DNA from: Spirochaetota bacterium
GTDB lineage: Bacteria > Spirochaetota > UBA4802 > UBA5550
Direction: 5' to 3'
NCBI GenBank assembly: GCA_012730035.1
Contig: JAAYBQ010000126.1
Coordinates: 3,599-27,598, forward strand
DNA: 24,000 bases
Within the stretch, counting starts at the first letter, position 1, and each line of letters starts with the position of its first letter. The notes under the pieces were generated by a model. The model was not told the origin of the DNA. It searched no databases and was given only the letters and a program-made list of their open reading frames with translations. Both the position numbers and the translations under genes were made by a program. Positions 13,569-21,915 of the stretch are shown here, piece by piece.

Positions 13569-14732
13569 TTATTGTGTACTCTGCCTGTATTCATTCCTGA
13601 GAAAATTTGAAATATTTTTTTCAAGCAGATCATTGGGCAAAAGAAACGAATCATGTCCGTTGTCAGTATCGATGTCGGTGTAATTTACGTTCTTGCCGTT
13701 TACACGCAGCGCCCGCACAATCTCCTTCGCATTGTCGCTGGGGTAAAGCCAGTCCGAGGTAAAGCTTGCAACAAGGTAGTTCGCCAGCACATTTTCAAAA
13801 GCATTTACAAGGCTGCCGCCGTAATCCCCGTTAAGATCGAAAAAATCGATCGCTTTTGTAATGTATATGTACGCGTTCGCGTCGAACCTTTCTACAAACT
13901 TAATCCCCTGGTGACGCAGATATGATTCCACCATGAATTCACTGCTGCCGCTGACAGGCTGCATTCCTGACTTCTGGAAGTTGCGCCCGAATTTTTCGTG
14001 CATGTGCTTTTCACTCAGATAGGTTATATGCCCTATCATTCTGGCCAGGGAGAGTCCCGCGACCGGTATTGCGCTGTCGTAATAATCCCCTGCGTTCCAG
14101 TTGGGATCATTGAATATTGCCTGACGTCCCACCTCGTTAAAAGCAATACCCTGCGCAGAAAGCGAAGCCGAGGTCGCAATGGCAATGCAGGACTCAACCT
14201 CATCGGGATACGATATGGTCCACTGCAGCGCCTGCATCCCACCCATTGACCCCCCTGCTACGGCAAGCAGCTTTTCTATGCCAAGGTGTTTAACCAGGGC
14301 ATGCTGAGCCTTTACCATGTCTGCAATTGTAATAAGGGGAAAGCTCATGCCGAACGGCCTGCCGGTTGCAGGATTAACCGATGCAGGCCCCGTTGAGCCA
14401 GTACATCCGCCAAGTATATTCGAGCATATTATAAAATATTTATCAGTATCAAATGCCTTTCCCGGCCCTATGTACCAGTCCCACCAGCCCGGATTCTTAT
14501 CTTCCGGGGAATGATAGCCCGCAGCATGGGCGCTGCCCGAAAGAGCATGACAAATGAGGATCGCGTTTTTACCTGCACGGTCAGGCGTACCCCAGGTCTC
14601 GTAAGCAAGGGTAACAGGTCCTATTTTTTCGCCGCACTGGAGTTCAAGCTCGCCGGGTGGAGCTGCAAATGTGTAGTAACGTGTCTGGACAATTCCGGCT
14701 GAGCCGGGTTTGCCATATATTTCTTCAGCCAT
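13569..14732 (-). CDS. metX: Homoserine O-acetyltransferase MetX
   Basis: The 387-aa alpha/beta hydrolase has the nucleophile-elbow motif GGSMGGMQALQW plus the typical ILICHALSGSAH and FTSDWLYP blocks. Confidence 0.93.
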   Translation of the reverse strand: MAEEIYGKPGSAGIVQTRYYTFAAPPGELELQCGEKIGPVTLAYETWGTPDRAGKNAILICHALSGSAHAAGYHSPEDKNPGWWDWYIGPGKAFDTDKYFIICSNILGGCTGSTGPASVNPATGRPFGMSFPLITIADMVKAQHALVKHLGIEKLLAVAGGSMGGMQALQWTISYPDEVESCIAIATSASLSAQGIAFNEVGRQAIFNDPNWNAGDYYDSAIPVAGLSLARMIGHITYLSEKHMHEKFGRNFQKSGMQPVSGSSEFMVESYLRHQGIKFVERFDANAYIYITKAIDFFDLNGDYGGSLVNAFENVLANYLVASFTSDWLYPSDNAKEIVRALRVNGKNVNYTDIDTDNGHDSFLLPNDLLEKNISNFLRNEYRQSTQ

Positions 14733-14769
14733 AAAAAAACCGCCTGTTCCTGGAGACGGCGGTTTTTTT
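14733..14769 (-). terminator. Intrinsic terminator forming the SAM-I riboswitch expression platform
   Basis: The minus strand reads AAAAAAACCGCC-gtctccaggaaca-GGCGGTTTTTTT, followed immediately by ATG 14732. The only SD-like sequence (AGGCGG) is part of the 3' arm. Confidence 0.8.
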
Positions 14770-14779
14770 CAAAACTGCA

Positions 14780-14880
14780 GTCTCATCTTCCGGATATAAT
14801 CCGTGGATTTAGCACCTGTTCATATTGAATGGTTGCCGTGGCTTCACAGGGCCAGTCCCTCCGCCACTCTTGATAAGACA
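14780..14880 (-). promoter_or_regulatory. SAM-I (S-box) riboswitch aptamer
   Basis: The minus strand reads TCTTATCAAGAGTGGCGGAGGGACTGGCCCTGTGAAGCCACGGCAACC...GGTGCTAAATCCACGG...GAAGATGAGA. This matches the S-box consensus blocks (CTTATCAAGAG, GGAGGGACTGGCCC, GAAGCC.GGCAACC, GTGC.AA.TCC and AGATGAG). It is upstream of metX-metW. Confidence 0.9.
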
Positions 14881-14892
14881 AATGTTGTGTGG

Positions 14893-14921
14893 ATATAAAT
14901 CCCGGCACTCTGCTGTGTCAA
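14893..14921 (-). promoter_or_regulatory. Candidate promoter of the riboswitch-metXW transcript
   Basis: The minus strand reads TTGACA (14916..14921), a 17-nt spacer, then TTATAT (14893..14898). Confidence 0.55.
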
Positions 14922-14936
14922 TAAAAAAAGCCGGGT

Positions 14937-15518
14937 TCAGGCAAGTATTTTAAGGGCTTCCTTGATTATCTCTTCAATTGTGATATCGGGATTATCCGAT
15001 ACCAGTCTGGACACACATTTTGAGGAATCGGATTCATTGAATCCAAGAGAGACAAGAGCCTCTATGGCATCACTCGATGAAGAGTCTATGGCAGAGGAGG
15101 GGCCCGCTATCAGTTCAAGCCTGGGAAGCTTACGTTTAAGTTCAAACACCAGCTTTTCGGCCTTTGTTTTACCAATGCCGGGTATTCTTGTGAGAGCCGC
15201 GATATTCCCCTGTTTTACTGCATCTATAAGCCTCTCCGGGGCCATGCCCGAAAGCAGTGAGATTGCCATGGCCGGGCCTATACCACTTACGTTTATCAGC
15301 GCAACAAACAGATCCCTTTCCACCCTGGTAAAAAAGCCGAAGAGCCTGAACTGGTCCTCTTTATGGATTGTATGCACGTACAGTGAGACTTCACCGCCGG
15401 GATGAATCTTTTCGTATGTAGAAACGGGTATGGTCAGTCCGTAGCCCACACCCTTTACGTCAAGGATAAGTTCTGTCGGCTGAATCTCGTCGACGATGCC
15501 CTTAAGTTTTGCTATCAT
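14937..15518 (-). CDS. ruvA: Holliday junction branch-migration complex subunit RuvA
   Basis: The 193-aa product has the N-terminus MIAKLKGIVDEI...ILDVKGVGYGLTIP and HhH motifs (VSGIGPAMAISLL and IPGIGKTKAEKLVFEL). Confidence 0.93.
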   Translation of the reverse strand: MIAKLKGIVDEIQPTELILDVKGVGYGLTIPVSTYEKIHPGGEVSLYVHTIHKEDQFRLFGFFTRVERDLFVALINVSGIGPAMAISLLSGMAPERLIDAVKQGNIAALTRIPGIGKTKAEKLVFELKRKLPRLELIAGPSSAIDSSSSDAIEALVSLGFNESDSSKCVSRLVSDNPDITIEEIIKEALKILA

Positions 15519-15525
15519 CTGTCTG

Positions 15526-16644
15526 TCAGAAATTCTTCAGAATAAACTGGTCAATATAAAGTTTCTCTACAAGGCTCAGAGTAGATACATCCACCCTGAA
15601 TATCTCATCTCTCAGTTTAATTACATCATCAATATCGATCATCTCTTTAATTTTTTTACGGCCGCGCGTGTAGTTTTTAAGGAGGTTGTTCAGCGCTCCA
15701 ATCCCCTTACGGCTTGCAATAATGATTGTTTCGTTCTCAGTGTCAATGGTGCTGCGTATTATGGCCACATCCTCTTTCTTCATGGTCTGTTCATGGTACT
15801 TGCGGCCAAAGACCTGGTGATATATCTGTATCTCCTCGCGCCACACAACTATATAGTATCTGCCGAAGAACGAGAACATAATTACCGTAATTATAATCGA
15901 TAAAAGAATGCCAAGCGCCGTATAGATTACAATAATTGCAGCTGCATCAAGCCGGCCGAAAGGTATTATGGCAAAATGCAGTATATGAAAAAACCCGTAG
16001 TATATGCCGAGTATAAATCCCACCTGGAACGGGTGATACTTAACCTTCCAGCTGATTGCCGCAGTGTCCCTTGTTTCAGAAGTTTTGATCCCGGAATCTT
16101 CCGGAAGAAAAAGGGGATAGGGATTAAACGGGTGCTTTCTGTCAATTGAATCGAGCTCGATCTCGTTTCTGCATGTAAGGGGCAGATCGGCGATTGACTG
16201 CAGTTTTTCACTGAACTTTTTTGCCTCTTTCTCATTATCGAACTTTGCCACAAGAAGCATCGAGCCAAACCTGTTTTTAAGGATGATTTCGTACTCAGGT
16301 TTTTTTCTGTCGTTTATTGTGTACTGCATAAGAATTTCGGTAAAGTATTTCAGGGGAATTTTAAATGGTGAAATCTCCCAGCTTGTGGATTCAACAAGGC
16401 TTATGTATCCGGGTTCTTCGTTAAAATGCAGCTTGTAGTATTTGGTGTTAACCATAAAAAAAAGCGAGCCCGAAACAAACAGAATGCCAAGGCCTATCAT
16501 AAGGTGGTCAAAAGGGTAGATAAGCCTTAAAAAATATACCCCGGCCACTATTAATCCCGTACTTATTAAAGACACAATAAGCAATCTCTTTATTGGTGTG
16601 TTGATATTAAGACTGTTCTGTGAAAAACCGGCTCTTGATTTCAT
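15526..16644 (-). CDS. Membrane protein of unknown function, built from two modules of 2 TM helices plus a soluble domain (YdbT-like architecture; inference)
   Basis: The 372-aa product has TM pairs near residues 20-65 and 205-260, each followed by a soluble segment of about 100 aa. Its stop lies 7 nt before the ruvA start, so the two are probably co-transcribed. Confidence 0.55.
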   Translation of the reverse strand: MKSRAGFSQNSLNINTPIKRLLIVSLISTGLIVAGVYFLRLIYPFDHLMIGLGILFVSGSLFFMVNTKYYKLHFNEEPGYISLVESTSWEISPFKIPLKYFTEILMQYTINDRKKPEYEIILKNRFGSMLLVAKFDNEKEAKKFSEKLQSIADLPLTCRNEIELDSIDRKHPFNPYPLFLPEDSGIKTSETRDTAAISWKVKYHPFQVGFILGIYYGFFHILHFAIIPFGRLDAAAIIVIYTALGILLSIIITVIMFSFFGRYYIVVWREEIQIYHQVFGRKYHEQTMKKEDVAIIRSTIDTENETIIIASRKGIGALNNLLKNYTRGRKKIKEMIDIDDVIKLRDEIFRVDVSTLSLVEKLYIDQFILKNF

Positions 16645-16693
16645 AGATTTATCGCTGTTTGTATTTTTTTTGAGTCACTGCTTCTCTTATGTA

Positions 16694-16722
16694 ATTATGA
16701 CATAAGGCAATTCTATATTCAA
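16694..16722 (-). promoter_or_regulatory. Candidate promoter of the membrane-protein/ruvA operon, with a palindrome overlapping it
   Basis: The minus strand reads TTGAAT (16717..16722), a 17-nt spacer, then CATAAT (16694..16699). The inverted repeat CTTATGT-N7-ACATAAG (16686..16706) spans the -10. Confidence 0.4.
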
Positions 16723-16741
16723 GACTTTTTTACACTCTACC

Positions 16742-16772
16742 AGAAAGAAAAAGCCCGCAGTCAAAGCGGGCT
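16742..16772 (-). terminator. Intrinsic terminator after the lipoprotein gene
   Basis: The minus strand reads AGCCCGC-tttgact-GCGGGCT followed by TTTTTCTTTCT. Confidence 0.75.
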
Positions 16773-16918
16773 TTAATATATTCACTACGATTATTTTATA
16801 TTAGTCGTGAAAACTTAAAAACAGCGTTTGACGGGATAGTCCGGATTAGGCCTGTTTTTTGCGCTTAGAGCAGCCCTGTAAAACTCACAGCATGCAGGAC
16901 CGTTCTCCTGAAACAGAA

Positions 16919-17899
16919 TTATTCATCGCCGTCTCCATATTCATTATCACCCGCGAAGTCTGAACGTCCTTCAAGCCTGATTTCACTTATGCAGGTATCT
17001 GACATCTTCCCGCTGTATGTTTTGTTTATCATAAATTTAAAAGAGCTGCCGTAGAGCTCCATGTCTGAAGACTGGTAGTCAAGGTTGTTGTCAACCAGGT
17101 CTATGGCCACCTCCTGGCCGTTCCCCGAAATAACTTTAAGAGAGGCAACCCTGCTGTTATTTTTATACGACTCTTCAGTGTTGGCATAACCATTGACTAC
17201 GCTGACGCGTGTAAGAACAACAGGTTTTTCAAAAGTGAGTATTATAAATTCACCCGTGCCTTCGTCATTGCTCTTGCCTTCGCTCCATGCTGTCTGAAGC
17301 TTGCCGTCAAAAGCGTTCCTGGGGTCAAAGGATGTCTCTTTCCCTTCACTGGATATGTACTGCGACGATGCAGCAACAGTTGCCTTGCCCAGGCCGGCAT
17401 TGGTTATAGTTCTTATGACCATGCTTGCGTCGCCAAGACTTGACTTAAGAATGTAAGCCTCTTTTCCTGGATACTGGATCAGTACAAATTCATTGTTCTC
17501 TTCAATTCTAAAAGCAACCTGTCCCGCCTTTACCGTTCCGGTCTTCTCGCTTTTAACATTAGGCCTCAGATAAAGATCATCATCTTTGATTACCGTAACC
17601 GATTCCAGCCGTCCCTCTTTAAGGTACGTTGCATCCAGCCAGCCCCTTGTAGTTACACCGTCGATAGTAACATTGATGTATTTCTTTCCGTTTACATCTC
17701 GTTCTTCGTTTACTGTTACATACTCACCGCGCTTAAGTTTTCCCCTGGGTACATAAATGAGCTTTTTTTCACCAGGATTTTCAACAAGGTATGAATCTAC
17801 TGCAACGGTCTTGTATGCTTTGGCAGGTTCCTTTTTGGCGCAACCAATGGCAGAAGCCATGATTAATACCGTAAACAACACTATAACTCTCTTTAACAT
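16919..17899 (-). CDS. Probable lipoprotein with SH3b-like repeats and a C-terminal discoidin/NADase-type glycan-binding-like domain
   Basis: The signal peptide ends in SAIGC. SH3b-like segments include RGEYVTVNEE...GWLDATYLKEG. The C-terminal block FDPRNAFDGKLQTAWSEGKSNDEGTGEFIILTF...VSVVNGY is typical of F5/8-C-like binding domains. Confidence 0.6.
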   Translation of the reverse strand: MLKRVIVLFTVLIMASAIGCAKKEPAKAYKTVAVDSYLVENPGEKKLIYVPRGKLKRGEYVTVNEERDVNGKKYINVTIDGVTTRGWLDATYLKEGRLESVTVIKDDDLYLRPNVKSEKTGTVKAGQVAFRIEENNEFVLIQYPGKEAYILKSSLGDASMVIRTITNAGLGKATVAASSQYISSEGKETSFDPRNAFDGKLQTAWSEGKSNDEGTGEFIILTFEKPVVLTRVSVVNGYANTEESYKNNSRVASLKVISGNGQEVAIDLVDNNLDYQSSDMELYGSSFKFMINKTYSGKMSDTCISEIRLEGRSDFAGDNEYGDGDE

Positions 17900-18062
17900 T
17901 GCATTCTCCTGTATTTTTTAAAATGTAGGCCTGTTACATACCTTATCAGCCGCATTCCACGGAATAATCTATGCGACAATCCGCAATCAGAAGGGGTGAA
18001 CTCAGGTAGTTTAAGGTATTATCAGTGTAATAAAAAATAAAGAGAAAAAAAGGGGAAATCGC

Positions 18063-18090
18063 AAAAAACTCCGCTTTTGCGGAGTTTTTT
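18063..18090 (-). terminator. Bidirectional-type intrinsic terminator after guaB
   Basis: AAAAAACTCCGC-tttt-GCGGAGTTTTTT has a 7-bp stem flanked by an A-run and a T-run. Confidence 0.85.
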
Positions 18091-18101
18091 AAAACTGAAT
18101 A

Positions 18102-19598
18102 TTACATAAATTGAGGTTCTTTGTAGGAATACATATCATGCACATGCCCTTCACGCTGAGCCATTACCGAACGTATTTCAAACCTCAGTTCACCTGAACG
18201 CAGGGAATCGTGCAGTGCCTTAACGCTCCTGACTCCCATATCCTGGAAAGAATGCCTGAGCCCCTGTATAAGGTATGGCAGATAATCGTTGAGCGAACCC
18301 TTATCCATGACAGCACCCGAAACACCCTGTGCCACTATTATCTTCGCGTCCTCTGCAAAGTACCTGTTGCTTCCGCCCGCCTCCATGGCCTCCTTTGAGC
18401 CCATGCCCCTGTAACGTTTAAGCCGGATTCCATTCTCGTAAAAATAATCGCCGGGAGCCTCGTTTGTGCCGGCAAACATTGATCCCATCATCGCAGCAGA
18501 CGCGCCGAGCGCCAGTGACTTTGATATGTGTCCTATATTTGCTATACCTCCGTCGGCAATAACGGGAATATCGTGTTTTGCCGCAAAGCGCGCTGTCCTG
18601 AAAACAGCCGTAGCCTGCGGCCTGCCCACTGCCATGGTGGTCTGGGTTGTGCATATCGAACCGGGCCCCATACCTATCCTGAGAGCGTCAACCCCCGCCT
18701 TTATAAGAGTCGCGCACTGTTCTTCGGTCACAACATTGCCGCCGATAACATCAATTTCAGGGTACTTTGATTTTATAAACTTTATCATTTCAACCTGGTA
18801 GATGGAATTACCCTGTGCCGAATCTATTACCACAACATCAACTCCGGCTTCGTGAAGAGCCTCGAGCCTCTCTCTGTCCTCGTTCTTGGTCGATATGGCA
18901 GCGCCGGCCCTGAGCTGCTTCTTGTCATCCTTTGAGGCAAGGGGGTATTCCCTGTTCTTAAGGAGATCGCTCCTGCTCATAAGCGCAACAAGCCTGCCGT
19001 TATCGTCAACAATAGGAAGCTTACCCTTTTTTGATGATTTCAGTATTTTGTTTGCCTCGTTAAGCGTTATCCCCTCGTGTGCAACCAGGAGGTCGGTGGT
19101 CATAACCTCGGCGAGGGACTTTGACCTGTCGCGCTCAAAGTCAATGTCCCTGTTGCTTACTATACCTACAAGCCGGGAGTTAAGTTTACCATCCTCTGTA
19201 ATTGGTATACCTGAAAAATTATATTTTGCCTTTATTATATCAATATCGCTTATCCTGTGCTGCGGCGAGAGGACCTTGGGCTTGTTGATGAATCCGTTCT
19301 CATAGCGTTTTACGCGCCTGACCTCTTCGGCCTGCTTTTCAATGGTATTGTTATAGTGGATAATTCCTATTCCGCCCCAGAGCGCCAGGCCTATTGCCAT
19401 TTCAGCCTCTGTAACCGTGTCCATGGGACTTGAAACAAGGGGGCTTTTAAGTTTTATGTTGCGCGTAAGGTTTGTATCAAGACTGACGTCATCAGGTGCA
19501 TAGTCTATGTAGCCCGGAAGGATTATAAAGTCATTGTACGCGTAACCGGTCTGCCTGGTAAAAATCTCCTCTGCTGAAAAGCCGTCTTTTGATGACAT
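18102..19598 (-). CDS. guaB: IMP dehydrogenase
   Basis: The 498-aa product has the catalytic loop [11 protein letters not shown], a CBS-pair insert and the [17 protein letters not shown] block. Confidence 0.95.
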   Translation of the reverse strand: MSSKDGFSAEEIFTRQTGYAYNDFIILPGYIDYAPDDVSLDTNLTRNIKLKSPLVSSPMDTVTEAEMAIGLALWGGIGIIHYNNTIEKQAEEVRRVKRYENGFINKPKVLSPQHRISDIDIIKAKYNFSGIPITEDGKLNSRLVGIVSNRDIDFERDRSKSLAEVMTTDLLVAHEGITLNEANKILKSSKKGKLPIVDDNGRLVALMSRSDLLKNREYPLASKDDKKQLRAGAAISTKNEDRERLEALHEAGVDVVVIDSAQGNSIYQVEMIKFIKSKYPEIDVIGGNVVTEEQCATLIKAGVDALRIGMGPGSICTTQTTMAVGRPQATAVFRTARFAAKHDIPVIADGGIANIGHISKSLALGASAAMMGSMFAGTNEAPGDYFYENGIRLKRYRGMGSKEAMEAGGSNRYFAEDAKIIVAQGVSGAVMDKGSLNDYLPYLIQGLRHSFQDMGVRSVKALHDSLRSGELRFEIRSVMAQREGHVHDMYSYKEPQFM

Positions 19599-19883
19599 GC
19601 GGGACCTCTGTTTGTCAGTTTTATATGTATAGTAATAAAATAAAAACGCAATTTCTACATCTTTTAGGTTGAAGAAGCCGCTTTAAACCCGGTAAAAGGT
19701 TATTGAGTGCTTATTTTTACGGTGTCTATTTGTCAAGAAATAGATGATGAAAAATGGAAAAGTTACCCGGCAGGGCCAGATAAATTTATACAGTTCCAGC
19801 CATCATTTTTTTTACCTTTTTATCCCCCCTGTGACGTATATGCTTTATAACGATGTTAAAAAATACTGCATAAGGTAAAATCC

Positions 19884-20333
19884 ATGGCAAAAGTAAAACT
19901 CCCGTCATACATTAAATCAATACATGGTAAAAGAGGCAATATTATATACTACAATGTCCGGGGAATACAGTACAGCCGCTCCTGGTCCATGCCTGAAAAC
20001 CCCCGCACGCCCCTGCAGCAGCAGAACCGCAGAAACTTCAGCGAATCTGTAAAACTCTGGCAGTCTTTAGATCCTGAAGAGAAAAAGACATATAATGATA
20101 TGGCTGCGCCTCTGGGGCGTAAAGGCTACAACCTCTTCATATCCATGCAGATGGACGGTCCTGTTGCAGCCTCAAAGGCCATAACCTGCGCAAAATCTGC
20201 CATTATATCCCCCATAACTTACCCGGTAAAAAGTAAGAAAAACCAATCACCTCCGTTATCTCTACGCCATCTCTGTAACAGGGGTACTTACAACGTTCTT
20301 AAAGGCTATGAACAGATGCCCCGTGCCGCATAA
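19884..20333 (+). CDS. Hypothetical protein
   Basis: The first 90 aa or so of this 149-aa ORF look protein-like (GKRGNIIYYNVRGIQYSRSW...NPRTPLQQQNRRNF...W), while the C-terminal part is low in information. The SD is weak (AAGGT). I recognise no family with confidence. Confidence 0.4.
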   Translation: MAKVKLPSYIKSIHGKRGNIIYYNVRGIQYSRSWSMPENPRTPLQQQNRRNFSESVKLWQSLDPEEKKTYNDMAAPLGRKGYNLFISMQMDGPVAASKAITCAKSAIISPITYPVKSKKNQSPPLSLRHLCNRGTYNVLKGYEQMPRAA

Positions 20334-20458
20334 ATACGGGCAGTTGCAGCAGAGGCGGTATTTATCATGTTATTTATCCGGACAGAGTAATTAAATATTT
20401 GCCTTGCCGCAGCTTAAATTTAAAACTGTAACTGCAGATTATAAACAGGGGAAAATTC

Positions 20459-20818
20459 ATGGGTGAGTGTAAAAGATGCGGAATGTGCTGCCAGGATGTG
20501 CGGCTTGCCGAAGATCCTGAACTCCTTGAAAAAGCATACGGCTACTGGAAAAGATCGAAGCAGATAGACCCGAACTTTTCGGATATATACCTGATATACC
20601 CCATGCTGGAATTCAAATTCGAAGAGAAGGGCGCGGACCTGCCGTACCACTACAGGTGCAAACACTATGCGGTAATCGACGGGCTTCCTGCATGTTCAAT
20701 CCACGCCATACGCCCCAGGATGTGCCGTGACTTCCCCTACTACGAGGATGTGACTCACCTTCAGCAGGAGGAGAACTTAAGCCCATACGAAGGGTGCGGG
20801 TATAATGACCCGGACTAA
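20459..20818 (+). CDS. YkgJ-family cysteine-cluster protein (CxxCxxCC / UPF0153)
   Basis: It has N-terminal CKRCGMCC and the distal motif ACSIHAIRPRMCRDFP, characteristic of the family. Confidence 0.8.
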   Translation: MGECKRCGMCCQDVRLAEDPELLEKAYGYWKRSKQIDPNFSDIYLIYPMLEFKFEEKGADLPYHYRCKHYAVIDGLPACSIHAIRPRMCRDFPYYEDVTHLQQEENLSPYEGCGYNDPD

Positions 20819-20915
20819 CGTGCTACCAATGGTCCCGTTTCAACACACTTCTATCCGCATCTATTTCCCGGCCCCCTGCCGATAAACATATCTCTGTTTA
20901 TTAACTTTTAGCGAC

Positions 20916-20948
20916 GTCCCCCGGCGGGGACTACTTAAAATTTTTTTT
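20916..20948 (+). terminator. Hairpin plus T-run downstream of the ykgJ-like gene
   Basis: GTCCCC-cggc-GGGGAC (20916..20931) is followed 9 nt later by TTTTTTTT (20941..20948). Confidence 0.5.
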
Positions 20949-21034
20949 CACATAAAACCTGAATTTAATTATTCCATCCTCTTAGCGCCTTTGCGAGAAA
21001 AAATTTTTCCTCTGCGGCTCTGTGTGAGGTCAGT

Positions 21035-21102
21035 TAAGTTCCACACCCCCTTCCGGGGGTGACAGATCTTTGTGTATGAATAGTAATTATATCTCTGCCG
21101 GG
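21035..21102 (-). repeat. Dispersed intergenic repeat, copy B (inverted relative to copy A at 4858..4925)
   Basis: The reverse complement contains CCCGGCAGAGATATAATTA, then ..ATACACAAAGATCTG, then the hairpin CACCCCC-ggaa-GGGGGTG (21044..21061) and AACTTA. It starts about 45 nt after the ttcA-like stop, in the same orientation as that gene. Confidence 0.7.
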
Positions 21103-21150
21103 GGCATACAATTAAGGTTGCATAAGATGTGGGTAGCAGTGAGCCGGAGA

Positions 21151-21885
21151 TTAGGGGGCTTCCGGCAGATACTCTCTGTGTATATTCGACATTGACCTGT
21201 AAAGGTTCTTCAGTGAATCCTTCTCAACTGCTGTCATGGCCTCAATAATTTTTTTAGCATCCGCTCTTTTTGATTCCTTTGAATGCGGGCAGTCTTTTAC
21301 AACTGCGGAAAATCCGCGCAGCCGCGAATACTCAGCAACCTCCTTCTCTTCAAGAAGTATAAGCGGCCTTATTATTTTAAGTTTTCCGCTGAAAAGGTTA
21401 AGCGCCGGCGGCATAGAACTTATAGTTCCATTGAACATCATGTTCATCAGCAGCGTCTCAACTGCGTCGTTCATCTGGTGCCCCAGCGCCAGTATGCCGC
21501 AGCCGGTACTTTCACACAGATCAAATAGCTTTTTGCGCCGCAGCCATGAGCAGATAAAACAGACAGATTTATCACATGGTGCGTCAAGGTCAGCCCCGGC
21601 CTCTATTATATGCAGGGGGACTGAAAGCTGTTCGCAGAAATCCGCAAGGTAATCCCGGTCAACACTGTAGCCGATATTTTTTATGTGCACATGAGCAGCG
21701 GTTATACCGTAAGTAACCGGGAGCCTGCGCCTCCTGTTTGCCAGGGTCTCAAGCATAGCAAGGGAGTCCTTGCCGCCTGAGAGCGCGACCAGAACATTGT
21801 CGCCGCCATGTATAAGCGAGTAGCGGTTTATGGCCAGGCCGACACGCTTCTCTATAGCATCTATGTACCTGTTGTCACGTTTCAT
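21151..21885 (-). CDS. ttcA: PP-loop ATPase of the TtcA family (tRNA 2-thiocytidine synthetase-like)
   Basis: It has the PP-loop ALSGGKDS, the CFICSWLRRKKLF CxxC block and LGHQMNDAVETLLMNMMFNG...MPP. The third Cys block is reduced to a single Cys (DCPHS). Confidence 0.75.
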   Translation of the reverse strand: MKRDNRYIDAIEKRVGLAINRYSLIHGGDNVLVALSGGKDSLAMLETLANRRRRLPVTYGITAAHVHIKNIGYSVDRDYLADFCEQLSVPLHIIEAGADLDAPCDKSVCFICSWLRRKKLFDLCESTGCGILALGHQMNDAVETLLMNMMFNGTISSMPPALNLFSGKLKIIRPLILLEEKEVAEYSRLRGFSAVVKDCPHSKESKRADAKKIIEAMTAVEKDSLKNLYRSMSNIHREYLPEAP

Positions 21886-21915
21886 CTTATGCCGGTATAA
21901 GCAGAACGCCGCCGG

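Noticed and set aside
13015-14702. ORFs antisense to or out of frame with metW/metX (13015..13284, 13468..13683, 13653..13925, 13998..14249, 14036..14242, 14317..14514, 14511..14702).
   Set aside because: They are nested in two genes with clear family signatures and have no independent support.
16892-16963. 23-codon plus-strand ORF (MQDRSPETELFIAVSIFIITREV) at the 3' end of the lipoprotein gene.
   Set aside because: It overlaps the lipoprotein coding region on the opposite strand, has no SD and is very short.
18210-19305. ORFs inside guaB on either strand (18210..18398, 18418..18654, 18466..18801, 18528..18770, 18886..19305).
   Set aside because: They are nested within IMP dehydrogenase, which is unambiguous. 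They are shadow ORFs.
19744-19878. 44-codon plus-strand ORF (MMKNGKVTRQGQINLYSSSHHFF...) upstream of the hypothetical gene at 19884.
   Set aside because: It has no SD and odd composition, and it sits in what is probably the promoter and leader region. The nearby inverted repeat TCTATTT-gtcaag-AAATAGA (19725..19744) is noted but is too short to interpret.
2825-21102. Interpreting the recurring GC-rich hairpins and repeats as a CRISPR array or as integron attC sites.
   Set aside because: The copies are kilobases apart and are not in a regularly spaced array. No cas or intI gene is present. The flanks lack the RYYYAAC/GTTRRRY attC signature.
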